DNA of 64,000 nt from Octopus vulgaris (Eukaryota). Below, piece by piece: positions 53,441-64,000 of the stretch (within the stretch, counting starts at the first letter, position 1; every line of letters begins with the position of its first letter). A program made the position numbers and the translations under genes. The notes under the pieces are model-generated. The model worked only from the letters and a program-made list of their open reading frames with translations. It made no database searches and was not told the DNA's origin. The DNA is taken from assembly GCA_951406725.2 (NCBI GenBank), contig OX597814.1:137392001-137456000 (forward strand), in the 5' to 3' direction.

Positions 53441-53744
53441 ATAAATACAGTGTACATTTAAACACAAAAGAGGTATCAATCATAGGATTCCTTTCACGCT
53501 TGAAGGAACAGCTAAATTCCAAACCACTATTAGGGATAAAAACTCAAAGGGAATGAAAAATAAAACATTTACCATCTATCACTTGGATTATGGTATCAGG
53601 AGATAGATGGTAAATGTTTTTATTTTTCATTCACTTTGAGTTTTTATCCCTAATAGTGGTTTGGAATTTAGCTGTTCCTTCTAGCGTGAAAGGGATCCTA
53701 TGATGAATACCTCTTATGTGTTTAAATGTACACTGTATTTATAT
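53441..53744. repeat. ~300-bp hairpin (~140-bp arms, 21-nt loop)
   Basis: 53441-53580 is the near-perfect reverse complement of 53602-53742. Confidence 0.9.
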
Positions 53745-53831
53745 GAATAATATATAGTCTACTGACTAATTTTTCTATAAGCTAGGCCACAGGTAGTAAA
53801 AATTTCTAATATCTTTATTACCCTGATATTA

Positions 53832-53881
<50 letters not shown>

Positions 53882-53894
53882 CACACACACGCAC

Positions 53895-53937
<43 letters not shown>

Positions 53938-54410
53938 ATCATCATCATTGTTTAACGTCTGCTTTCCATGCTAGCATGGGTTGGACGATTTGACTGAGAA
54001 GTAGCGAACCAGATGGCTGCACTAGACTCCAATCTGATCTGGCAGAGTTTCAACAGCTGTATGCCCTTCCTAATGCCAACCACTCTGAGAGTGTAGTGGG
54101 TGCTTTTACATGTCACTGGCATGAGGGCCAGTCAGGCGGTACTGGCAACAGCCATACTCAAATGGTGCTTTTTATGTGCCACCTGCACACGAGCCAGTCC
54201 AATGGCACTGGCAATGACCTCGCTCGAATGTTTTTTCACGTGCCACCTGCACAAGTGCTAAGGCGACGCAGGTAATGATCCCGCTCGAATGGTGTTTTTA
54301 ATGTGCCATCAGCACGGAAGCCAGCTTGTTGCTCTGGCAACAATCTCACTCATATGGTACTCTTAGCGCTCCACTAGCACAGATGCCAGTCATCAAATTT
54401 GATTTCGATA
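53938..54410 (-). mobile_element. RTE 3'-UTR / SINE copy
   Basis: (CAT)n end and tandem GTGCCAC.GCAC units. Confidence 0.75.
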
Positions 54411-54417
54411 TATATAT

Positions 54418-54820
54418 GACGGGCTGCTTACAGTTTTCTTCTACCAAATCCACTCACAAGTCTTTGGTTGGCCTGAGTGTATAGTAGAAAACACTTGCTC
54501 AAGGTGCCATGCAGTGGGACTGAACCTGAAACCATGTGGTTGGTAAGCGAGCTGCTTACCACACAGCCACTCCTGCTCCAATAGAATCAAGGTATTTTAA
54601 TAATCCTTTCTACTATAAGCACAAGGCATGAAATTTTGGGGGAGGGGAATAGTTGATTACATCGACCCCAATGTTTCACTGGTACTTAATTTATTGATCC
54701 CACAAAGATGAAATGCAAAGTCAACCTTAGTGGAATTTGAACTCAGATCATAAAGACAGTTGAAATGCTGCTAAGCACTTTGCCTGGCCTGCCAATGATT
54801 CTCCCAGCTTGCCACCTCAG
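54418..54820 (-). mobile_element. Two tRNA-derived SINE copies (54418-54580; 54605-54820, the latter with TSD AGGTATTTT(T)AATAAT)
   Basis: Reverse complements of the 63620 and 58063 families. Confidence 0.75.
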
Positions 54821-55051
54821 AGGTATTTTAATAATAAAGACACTATGGTAGAGTCAAAAACAGCTGTAGTGAACCTCATCTCATTCGTGTAATAATATCA
54901 TATATATATATATATATATATACAAGATAAGAAAATGGAGAAATACATCTAAATCAAATATCAATTACCAGATAATACTCAATCACATACTTTATTAAAC
55001 CACCACCTAAGAGACTGTAGGGTTAAATATAAAAAGCAGAACAAATCATTT

Positions 55052-55086
<35 letters not shown>

Positions 55087-55302
55087 TCAGTTAGAGGTTA
55101 TGTTAGTCTCTTGAAGGGATGGTGTCATCCAAGGAAATACTGGTTCAATACCTAATATTTTGTGGGGAATTGATTTCCTTAAAATAATAGGTTTTTATAT
55201 AAACTGTAGTTTATATTCATGCAAAGGAAAAAAGAAGAAAATGGAGATTTTGAGGTTAATAAGAGTTTATTATCAGCAACAAATCAATCATTATCTCTTA
55301 CA

Positions 55303-56468
55303 GCTAAACCAAAGTCTTAATAAGTAGGAAGGCAAACAAACCACAAATCCCTTCAGGCTGATGGCCCTGCTTGATCTGTAGAAAAGGTATAGGTAGAAAC
55401 TCCATAAGATGTACCCTGTATAAGCTATGGACACATAAGTAGTGCAGCAATATCAAAGGAAGACTAACTGGGAAGACAGATTTTGTGTGTGGCAAATGCT
55501 CAGAGGCAATGAACACTGAAAATGTGCAGAAAACAGCGTCCATCACATTTCAGGGGGTAAAACTACAAGTAGTTGATAGCTTCCATTACTTAGGTGACCA
55601 AGTCAGTAGTGGGGGAAATTGCTCTGAGCATGTAGCTCCTAGAATAAGAATAGCCTGGGCAAAGTTCAGAGAGCTCTTACCTCTGCTAGTGACAAAGGGC
55701 CTCTCGCTCAGAGTAAAAGGTTTACTGTATGACGCATGTGTGAGAATAGCCATGCTACATGGCAGTAAAACATGGGCCGTGACTGCTGAGGACATGCGTA
55801 AGCTTGCAAGGAATGAAGCTAGTATGCTCCACTGGATGTGTAATGTCAATGTGCATACACGACAGAGTGCAAGTGCCATGAGAGAAAAATTGGACATAAG
55901 AAGCATCAGATGCGGTGTGCAAGAGAGATGACTGCACTGGTATGGTCATGTGTTGCGTATGGATGAGGACAGCTGGGTAAAAAGTGTCACACCCTAGCAG
56001 TAGAGGGAACCTGTGGAAGAGGTAGACCCAAGAAGACCTGGGATGAGGTGGTGAAGCATGACCTTCGAATGTTGGGCCTCACTGAGATGATGACAAGTGA
56101 CCGAGTCCTTTGGAGATATGTTGTGCTTGAGAAGACACAGCAAGTGAAGTGAGACCGTAACGGGGGCCTATGCCAGTTTCACATAACCAGCACATTTAAG
56201 AGCACCCTTCAAACATTGGGCAATAATCTGCACTTGCAAAGACCTGTTGAGGCAAGTGAAGTCATTGTTGTGGCCGATGACAGTACTGCCTGATTGTCAC
56301 CCATGCTGGTGGCATGTAAATAGCACCACTCGAACATGGTCGTTGCTAGTGCTGCCTGACTGGCCCCTGTACTGGTGGCATATAAAAAGTACCCACTACA
56401 CTCTTAGAGTGGTTGGAATTACGAAGGGCATCCAGCTGTAGAAACATAAATGAGGATGATGATGATGG
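55303..56468 (+). mobile_element. RTE LINE 3' half with UTR
   Basis: ORF 55485-55931 plus WYGHVLRMDED..GRGRPKKTWDEVVKHDL; (GAT)n tail. Confidence 0.92.
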
Positions 56469-57201
56469 TGAAGTTAATCAGATATTAAATTCATATTTCT
56501 GAGCATAATCTCTTCAGAGGGAAAAAAAAAATACCCTAGATGTCATGTATTGGATCTTCTCTGTTTGGCAGCATCTGTGGAAATTTCAAAGTTTAGTGAA
56601 AAATTTAAAATTTGGTGTATTAATGTAATTTTCCAAGCTGAATCTGAGAAGGCATTCCACTTTCAGAAAATTTTAAAAAAAAGTTATAGATGTTTAAAGT
56701 TTGACAATTTTCACCCAGTCAGAAAACATTTTGTGCATGATAGCATGTTTTCAATCATCATCATCATCAGTTAACGTCTGTTTTCCATGCTGGCATGGGT
56801 GAGTTGTCAACTGTAAACTAATAACATTGGTAGAATTCTGAATTATGCACGCCATACAACTCCTCATAACTTCTTTCATTTTTGGAATTTTCAGAAAAGT
56901 TTTGCGAATTTGTATTCCATATACAGAAATTCATACAATTATGCAAAAACCAAAATAAAAAAATTGCGGGTGCATGGTTTAAGGCCTATTTAACTGTTAA
57001 TTTTAGCATATCTCACGACCATCTGAACGAGTAGAATATATTTGTCAACACATATTTTCTTGCAGATAAAACAGTTCTCATGCTTGGCTTGTTATATGGA
57101 AACAGGCAAGAATGTGTCTGGCTTATGATTGGCTAAAATTACCCAAAATTTGCAAACTTTAAAAGCTATTAACTCTTTATTTGTTGATGTTTGGCAGAAA
57201 T

Positions 57202-57533
57202 GACCCGAGTTGTTTTCCAAAAGCGTCTCAACCTCAAGGCGCATGCCTTAGCTCGGCGTTCGCCGTCCGCCCATCGCGTTTGCATGGCGAGCGGCAGCGT
57301 CGCTGGCGGAATTGCCATTTGGGCACGCGGGCGGCGTCCGCGCCATCGTCGTCTACGCGGCCTGCCCCAATTCGTTCGAAGAGATCGAGACGAAAGGGAT
57401 CACTTGCAGACGACTCGACTTGCCGTTCGGAATGACGTGCTTAGTAGAGCAGCTACAACACTGCAATCTATTGAGTCTCTTCTCGCGAACGACACGATCC
57501 GCCCCTTCGAGGCAGAAGGCGGAGGTGAGGTGC
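57202..57533. other. Unexplained GC- and CpG-rich segment
   Basis: Manual count 200/340 G+C over 57201-57540 (84/120 over 57241-57360) against AT-rich flanks; bracketed by a GAAAT direct repeat. Confidence 0.7.
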
Positions 57534-57602
57534 GAAATATGGCAAACTAAAACATTGATTAGTACATAAAACTACATCATTACACCGAATATGAAATCAA
57601 TC

Positions 57603-58037
57603 TGTAGTGACGCCATCTTGGAAATTTCCAGCACGCATGCACAGAGTTGGATTCTTCCAGGAGGTCTGCCGGAAGTTCCCTCATGCACATGCGCAGAAAA
57701 CTAGCAGCAGCAAAATTTCCCGCATATCCGTCTCTCTCGAATGCTGACAGTCGAACAGGATGGTCGTGTTGCAGCAGCTCTCTCAAACTGCTACCTTGTG
57801 GTGTTGCTACACTATGCTTGAACGGACAGGATTTGGCTCACTCCACTTGACTACTGCGACGAGCTCCTAGGCTACTGATTCGCCCTGAAAGAAGAATATA
57901 TATATTGCGAATCCAGAAATAAAATATTTATGCTGTTGAAGTTATCGGAAACCTTGACTTTTTCCTTCAATTAACATTTTAATGTAAAGGATGAGACTGC
58001 ACCCATCCAGTGTTACAGGCCTTTCATCCTTGCTACA
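57603..58037 (+). mobile_element. Solo LTR (435 bp), Gypsy-like 4-bp TSD
   Basis: AATC|TGTAG...CTACA|AATC; AATAAA at 57918-57923; no adjacent PBS or internal region. Confidence 0.85.
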
Positions 58038-58062
58038 AATCTGAATAGAAATTGAAGAGATT

Positions 58063-58290
58063 TCAAGGCAGCGAGCTGGCAGAAATGTTAGTGTGCCGGG
58101 CGAGACGCTTAGCGGGATTTCATCTGTCGCTACGTTCTGAGTTCAAATTCCGCCGAGGTCGACTTTGCCTTTCATCCTTTCAGGGTCGATAAATTAAGTA
58201 CCAGTTACGGACTGGGGTCGATGTAATCGACTTAATCCCTTTGTCTGTCCTTGTTTGTCCCCTCTATGTTTAGCCCCTTGTGGGCAATAA
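58063..58290 (+). mobile_element. Young tRNA-derived SINE with 16-bp TSD
   Basis: TSD AGAAATTGAAGAGATT at 58047-58062 and 58291-58306; A/B-box-like head. Confidence 0.9.
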
Positions 58291-59993
58291 AGAAATTGAA
58301 GAGATTGAAAATTGGCAACCAAACAGAAAAGATCCATAAAATCATGATGTAAAACTAACAATGTGACTTCTTTTTGTTCGTGGTGATGGTGGTGATGATG
58401 ATGGCAACTATATCAGTTATAATGATGATAATGATGATGACTAAATATGACGGGGGGGGGGTATCTGAGTTGGGATTTTCCCCACCTGCAAGCTTACGTA
58501 TGCGCATGCTATAATTTCCTTCCCTCTTGTCTAAATGTCTAATATCACTTCTCTTACTTGCAACGTGTCAGATATACTGTGTTCATTCTTAAGGCTTTAT
58601 TTATTTATTTCTCTCGGTCTATTATGAAGTTTAATACTGACTATTCATCTGCTAACTCTTCTTTTGCTTCACCACACTTCATTAACTTCATTTGCAACAG
58701 TCCTGCACACTTCTCAGTAGTTTCGGAAACTATATCTGCTCGAAATGTCAGAAATCCTGTCATCCCACGACATACGAACCTACATCGTTTTATTAACTTT
58801 AATCTTTTTTTTAATGAACATGTTTGGTATGTATTTAATGTGTTTTATGAATGCCATCTATTTATATTTTATACAGTGGAATGTGCCTTCTTTAGAATGC
58901 ATTTTTGTTGTCATTCACTTTTATATGAAGATGTCAAAGTGATTCTCATATTGGAAAATACCAATCAGCTCCACGCCCCTTCGTTCAATATTGAAATAGT
59001 GCAACATCGCCCTGTGATGTTCTACAAGTTTAACAATTTTGAAGTACTTTGATTTAAAAAGATTAAATTCTGCAATTTGTTCGCCCTTTTACAATCTTCA
59101 CAGCAACCTCGCTACGAAAAATATTGTAAACAAACTTTAATGAGCCGTTTTCATTGTGGTTTAGCCTTAGTCAACTCTCATTGAGCAGGCCTATAATCGA
59201 AGGGGGTCCCAGTCAAATTCATTTCTATAGTTTTGTATTTAGTATAGACATGGGCAACTTTTTTTTCCCCGAGAAGTGAGACGCACTGGTAAAAAAAAAA
59301 ATTCAAGTTGATTTTGGAATTTTCAGAAAAATTCTACACGCGGGAATTTACACACGATTATGAAAAACATTTTTTTAAAAAAATTACGGAGATGTACTTG
59401 CATAGCGTGTGACTTGATCTGAAATCGTGTGCTGGAACGAAAACAATTGCAGCGTGGAAGGTGTTTATAAGCCATTTAAGAAACACACAAAAACCATTTA
59501 AAATACAGTTAGTCCGATTTTTGGCTTTAATCCCAGCAATCGACCATTAAATGTGTTCTAACGAGGTAGGTATGAGGTGGTCGTGTGATGTTAAAAACAA
59601 CAGTTAAATAGCCCTTAAATCACGCACGAGGCGTTACTATGCACACAAGAGATAAAATTTTCTGAAAATTACGAAACGTGCTTAAATCAGAATTCCGCCA
59701 ATTTTTCGTACAACAGTGTTAAATGTCTCCATCTTGTTTTTATGATGATTGAATATGATTTTTAAGGAAATGCTGCTATTTCAAGCCGGTCGATCGACCG
59801 CGTAGTTTTGCATTATGTCTGATGTGACTATTATGTTTATTTGTTGACCTTACATTAATACACTTAATGTTAGTCTGTTGAGTATGAACAAACCACCTAA
59901 AATCCTTCAACAGATGTTAGGCGTCACAATGTTTTGACGACTTTACACAGAAATAAAGTCAAAAGTAAATTCCAATAGTTCAAAAGCATTGAA

Positions 59994-60799
59994 GGTTAAT
60001 ATCTAGATCCGCACCCGGTGGGAAAAATGGAAACGAAAATGTGTAACAGTTGTAAGGCATCGTATATTGACGAAATAAGACGGAAAAAAAGCGCGCTGAC
60101 AAACGGGGGGGGGGTTGGGTTGGGGGGGAGGGGGCTCGGGAAATTCCCAGGATCAACCGTAGAGGATCCACACCCAGGTGGCAAAAATGGAAAAAAATAT
60201 GTGTAACAGGTGTAAGGCATCGTATATTGAAGGAATATGACGAAAAAAAAGCGCGCTGACAAACGGGGGGGGGGGGGAGGGGCTCGGAAAATTGCCTACG
60301 ATTTAAAGAAAAATTTACCATCAATTTTCACCATTTTAAACGCATTTCACACACATAGCCCAATATCATAATTCAAAACTAACGCAGCGAAAATTTTGAA
60401 AAGTTCCCCCAGTTCTGAAAAAAATCGATAAATTCGACATGGGGTCGCGAATCAGAAACACAATGGTGAAAATTGATGGTAAATTTTTCTTTAAATCGTA
60501 GGCAATTTTCCGAGCCCCCGAGCCCCCCCCCCACCGTTTGTCAGCGCGCTTTTTTTTCGTCATATTCATTCAATATACGATGCCTTACACCTGTTACACA
60601 TATTTTTTTCCATTTTTGCCACCTGGGCGTGGATCCTCTACGGTTGATCCTGGGAATTTCTCGAGCCCCCTCCCCCCAACCCAACCCCCCTTTGTCAGCG
60701 CGCTTTTTTCCGTCTTATTTCGTCAATATACGATGCCTTACAACTGTTACACATTTTCGTTTCCATTTTTCCCACCGGGTGCGGATCTAGATATTAACC
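59994..60799. mobile_element. Foldback-like non-autonomous DNA transposon, ~340-bp TIRs, perfect 8-bp TSD
   Basis: GCATTGAA|GGTTAATATCTAGATCCGC...GCGGATCTAGATATTAACC|GCATTGAA; arms 59994-60334 and 60462-60799. Confidence 0.93.
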
Positions 60800-61368
60800 G
60801 CATTGAATTAAAAACAAACCTGAACAATAAGTTTTCTAAAGAAAAAAAATGATTCAAATAAGTATTCTTGGAAAGACTTCCACCCCCACCCCTCCCTATT
60901 CTCCCAAATTTCTTTATTTAAAAAAAACTTTTTTTGCTAAAAATCCCCGTTTTCGGATACGGAGGTTCCAGAAAATTGCCAAAAATTGGCATTGTGAAAT
61001 TTTTTCCCCCCAACTTCTTCAATTTTGACTTTTTTCCCCAACACTAACCGTAACCGTAAGTACAGAAATGTTTTGAAATTTTTGTCCGAATCATAATGTC
61101 CGTATTTTTCTGCATATTTGGAAAAAAAAAAAAAAATTCTTAAAAAAAAAATTTTACAAAACTTTTCGGAATTTTTTTCAGAATCATAAGCTCTGTATTT
61201 TTCCGCATATTTTGAAACAAGAAAAAAAAAATTCTGAAAAAAGTGAAAAACGAAGGAAATGGGGCTGGGTGGGGTGGTAATTTAGAAAAGTCGATCTTTG
61301 CCAAAATATCTGAATTATTTTTGGTGTCTAACAATCAACATTCCAAGTCAATTTGGTACCATTTGATA

Positions 61369-61873
61369 AGAGTAGACCCGATGCGCACCCGCGTCAGCCA
61401 GTAGACAGACGCACACTCATGAGTCAGTGGCACGCGCGATAAAAAAAAACCTTCCACGCGTATAAAGGTGTAAACTGTAAATCGGGTGGGGGATTTTTAT
61501 CTATCTAATAAAATAACCAAATGAAGCAACAACTTTTGAATTTGAAATAAGATGTTAATCAGAAGTAGTCATAAAGAAAAGTGAAAATAATGAAAAAGTG
61601 AAAAATGTTATTCAGAAGTGAACCCTCCTGAAAGCTATTTTAGAATGTTCTGAAAACATTCATCCCAGTTTTCCCATATTTTTCCCCTCCAAAGAAAACT
61701 TTGCTTTTCTGAATGTTTCTGAAAAAATGCTAAGCGCTGATTCAAGACTATGATGGGTTCCCCTCCAGTTTACACATATTTGTACATGTGGGGAGTTTAA
61801 AAAATTTTTTTTTTTATCGCGGGTGCATGTATCCATCTACTAACTGGCGCGATTGCGCGCGTCAGGTCCACAC
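61369..61873. mobile_element. MITE-like element with ~110-bp imperfect TIRs
   Basis: GAGTAGACCCGATGCGCA...GTGTAAACTG versus CAGTTTACAC...TGCGCGCGTCAGGTCCACAC. Confidence 0.55.
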
Positions 61874-61950
61874 TTCGATAATTCGATAATTTTCAAGCTT
61901 CAAAAAATGATGTCTCAAGTGGGGTGAAATGAGCCATGATTAATTTTAAT

Positions 61951-62540
61951 GGGTCTTTTCGGTTTGACCGGCAGTTTTTTCTAGCGGTGTCATATGAAAT
62001 TGTCACCCATAATTATGACCCTAGTATCGATCTATTGCATTTCAATCTGTTTTAAGGTTAGGGATGGGGGAAGGGTATCTTTTTTTTTCTTCACAAATGT
62101 AAATAAACCCAATCTGTTTTTTAAACGAGGTACATATTCGTACGGCACAGAATGTTTTTTTTTTTACCTCAATAGACGTCAGTGATTGGTTGAAATTGCA
62201 GAACTTGAAGAAAAAGAACAACAAATATCTTACAAACTATAGAATTTTCTCAATAAAGCCAAGAGAAAAAAACATTTTTTTATAAACACATTCTACCAGT
62301 ATACGAAGTTTAAAAGTGCTTAGTTACGTGGAAATTATTAAAAAAAACTGCCGTTCAAACCGAAAAGATCCACATATTGGGTTTATTTACATTTGTGAAG
62401 AAAAAAAAAGATACCCTTCCCCCCACCCCTAACCCTAAAACAGATTGAAATGCAATAGATTGATACTGGGGTCATAATTATGGGTGACAATTTCATATGA
62501 CACCGCTAGAAAAAAACTGCCGTTCAAACCGAAAAGATCT
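61951..62540. mobile_element. Full copy (61951-62371) plus inverted half-copy (62376-62540) of the 7508 MITE
   Basis: Same TIRs and internal CATATGAAATTGTCACCCATAATTATGACCC block; the full copy is inverted relative to 7508-7937. Confidence 0.88.
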
Positions 62541-63619
62541 GGTCATTTGCTTAGTTTATATAGTCCCGACATACGATTAGAACAGAGTGGTGATATTTAG
62601 TAGTTCCTCTTCGATTACTGTCGCAAACAGTAGTAGCTTTCTTCAACTGAATACACGTCGTTGATTGGTTGAGATTACCCAAATACAATTTTAACACGAA
62701 ATAACTTCTAAAATACTAAATTTTGTCCAAAATGTTCGAAGTAAACCGTGTTCTGCGTGAGACATTCCACCAGTATACGAAGTTGCAAACTGTTTAGTTA
62801 AAATTTTTTGTAATCTGTGAGCCAAACTGAACAGATCCGGTTGTGAACAGTTGTAAAAAAAAAAAAATATGTTTTGTCTCCATCAAAAATGCAGTTAAAA
62901 TTCCTCAGCACCCCACCTGCCCTTTATCGAAATAGTGATACAACCAAATTCCCGGGGCACCTCTTCATAAGTTTCTGAAAAATACATAATTTTTAAATAA
63001 AATTTTCTGCTAATACGTTTCAGATAGTGTAGATATAACTATTGTGTTGGAATTTGATGTGAAAAATGCTTTGGTGCTGTGCCGAGGACATAGTTCACAC
63101 ACCTTATCAAAATGTAATGAGGAGGAAACAAATTCGAGACATGAATTATTCGACCTCCTTAATTTCATTTTTTCAGAAACTTAAGAGGGAACCAAGTCGA
63201 AGTCAGTGAATTCACCACCTAAACTTCTGAGTCACCCCTTCCAAAGAAAAAAACTGAATACATAAAATACCACATTTTGTCCAAAATGTTCAAAGTAAAC
63301 CGTGTTCTGCATGAGACATTCCACCAGTATACGAAGTTGCAAACCTATATTGGAATAGGTGGTATTCCAATATAATCGTAATCTACACCGTCTGAAAAGT
63401 ATATTTGTAGAAAGTTTCAGGAGGAGGCGGTGGTAGGGGGAGACACCTGTAGTTATACTATATAACTACAGTTTGGTGTCCCGTCTACGAACTTGTTTCC
63501 TCATAACTCTCAATAATACATATTTTTAAATGAAAATTTGTGGATACGCATTCTTATAGTACGATTATGCTTTTGATGAAATTTAAAAACAAAATTAGTT
63601 TTTTTTTTTAGAAAAGTTT

Positions 63620-63990
63620 GAGTGGCTGTGTGGTAAGTAGCTTGCTTACGAACCACATGGTTCCGGGTTCAGTCCCACTGCGTGGCAACTTGGGCAAGTG
63701 TCTTCTACGATAGCCTCGGGCCGACCAAAGCCTTGTGAGTGGATTTGGTAGACGGAAACTGAAAGAAGCCCGTCGTATATATGTATGTATATGTCTGTGT
63801 TTGTCCCCCCAACATCGCTTGACAACCGATGCTGGTGTGTTTACGTCCCCGTAACTTAGCTGTTCGGCAAAAGAGATCGATAGAATAAGTATTAGGCTTA
63901 CAAAGAATATGTCTTGGGGTCGATTTGCTAGGCTAAAGGCGGTGCTCCAGCATGGCCACGGTCAAATGACTGAAACAAGTAAAAGAGTAA
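63620..63990 (+). mobile_element. Near full-length tRNA-derived SINE, CpG-intact
   Basis: TGGCTGTGTGGTAAG, GGTTCAGTCCC, CTTGGGCAAGTG, central TA/TG tract, 3' ATGACTGAAACAAGTAAAAGA. Confidence 0.85.
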
Positions 63991-64000
63991 TGATCATTTT

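Larger units (their letters stand above)
56552..58335. mobile_element. GGATC-terminated non-autonomous DNA element hosting nested insertions
   Basis: Ends GGATCTTCTCTGTTTGG / CCAAACAGAAAAGATCC, related to the TIR at 7508. No TSD recognised. Confidence 0.55.

Noticed and set aside
57191-57550. 119-aa ORF as a host gene
   Set aside because: Open frames are expected in GC-rich DNA, the ORF crosses both insertion boundaries into MITE sequence, and no homology is recognised.
58558-59052. 164-aa + strand ORF, and a possible minus-strand exon ending at a GTAAGA donor near 58557
   Set aside because: TTG start, F/I/N-rich AT-biased composition, no recognisable domain; the minus frames contain stops.
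62700-63345. ~75-bp direct repeat (62712-62790 / 63266-63343)
   Set aside because: Fragments of the local GGATC-MITE-related family; no evidence of separate function.
63620-63690. tRNA gene
   Set aside because: SINE head with A/B-box-like motifs; no complete cloverleaf; continues into the SINE body.

Overview
AT-rich, repeat-dense eukaryotic DNA, not prokaryotic. The repeat landscape (RTE LINEs with (CAT)n tails, tRNA-derived SINEs, Penelope-like elements, Tc1/mariner, long TA/CA/TATG microsatellites) suggests a mollusc, probably an octopod cephalopod (inference). Two host genes are supported. (1) A complete 7-coding-exon phytanoyl-CoA dioxygenase (PHYH) on the + strand, 29146-47708, 311 aa after manual splicing, with intact HxD...H...R catalytic residues. 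(2) The first coding exon of a SCYL3/PACE-1-like pseudokinase on the - strand (5302-5117); the rest probably lies left of the window. Almost all other ORFs in the track are microsatellite translations or decayed transposon fragments. Main items worth a second look: four hammerhead-ribozyme-like motifs at Penelope-like termini, one inside a 167-bp palindrome; an unexplained ~330-bp, ~59% GC, CpG-rich segment nested in an AT-rich MITE next to a solo LTR; a PHYH with no visible PTS2 that ends in PTS1-like -ANL; a possible head-to-head SCYL3/PHYH promoter; GG-terminated elements with 8-bp TSDs (Merlin-like); and a template-switch duplication scar. No novel multi-gene system can be claimed from the sequence alone.
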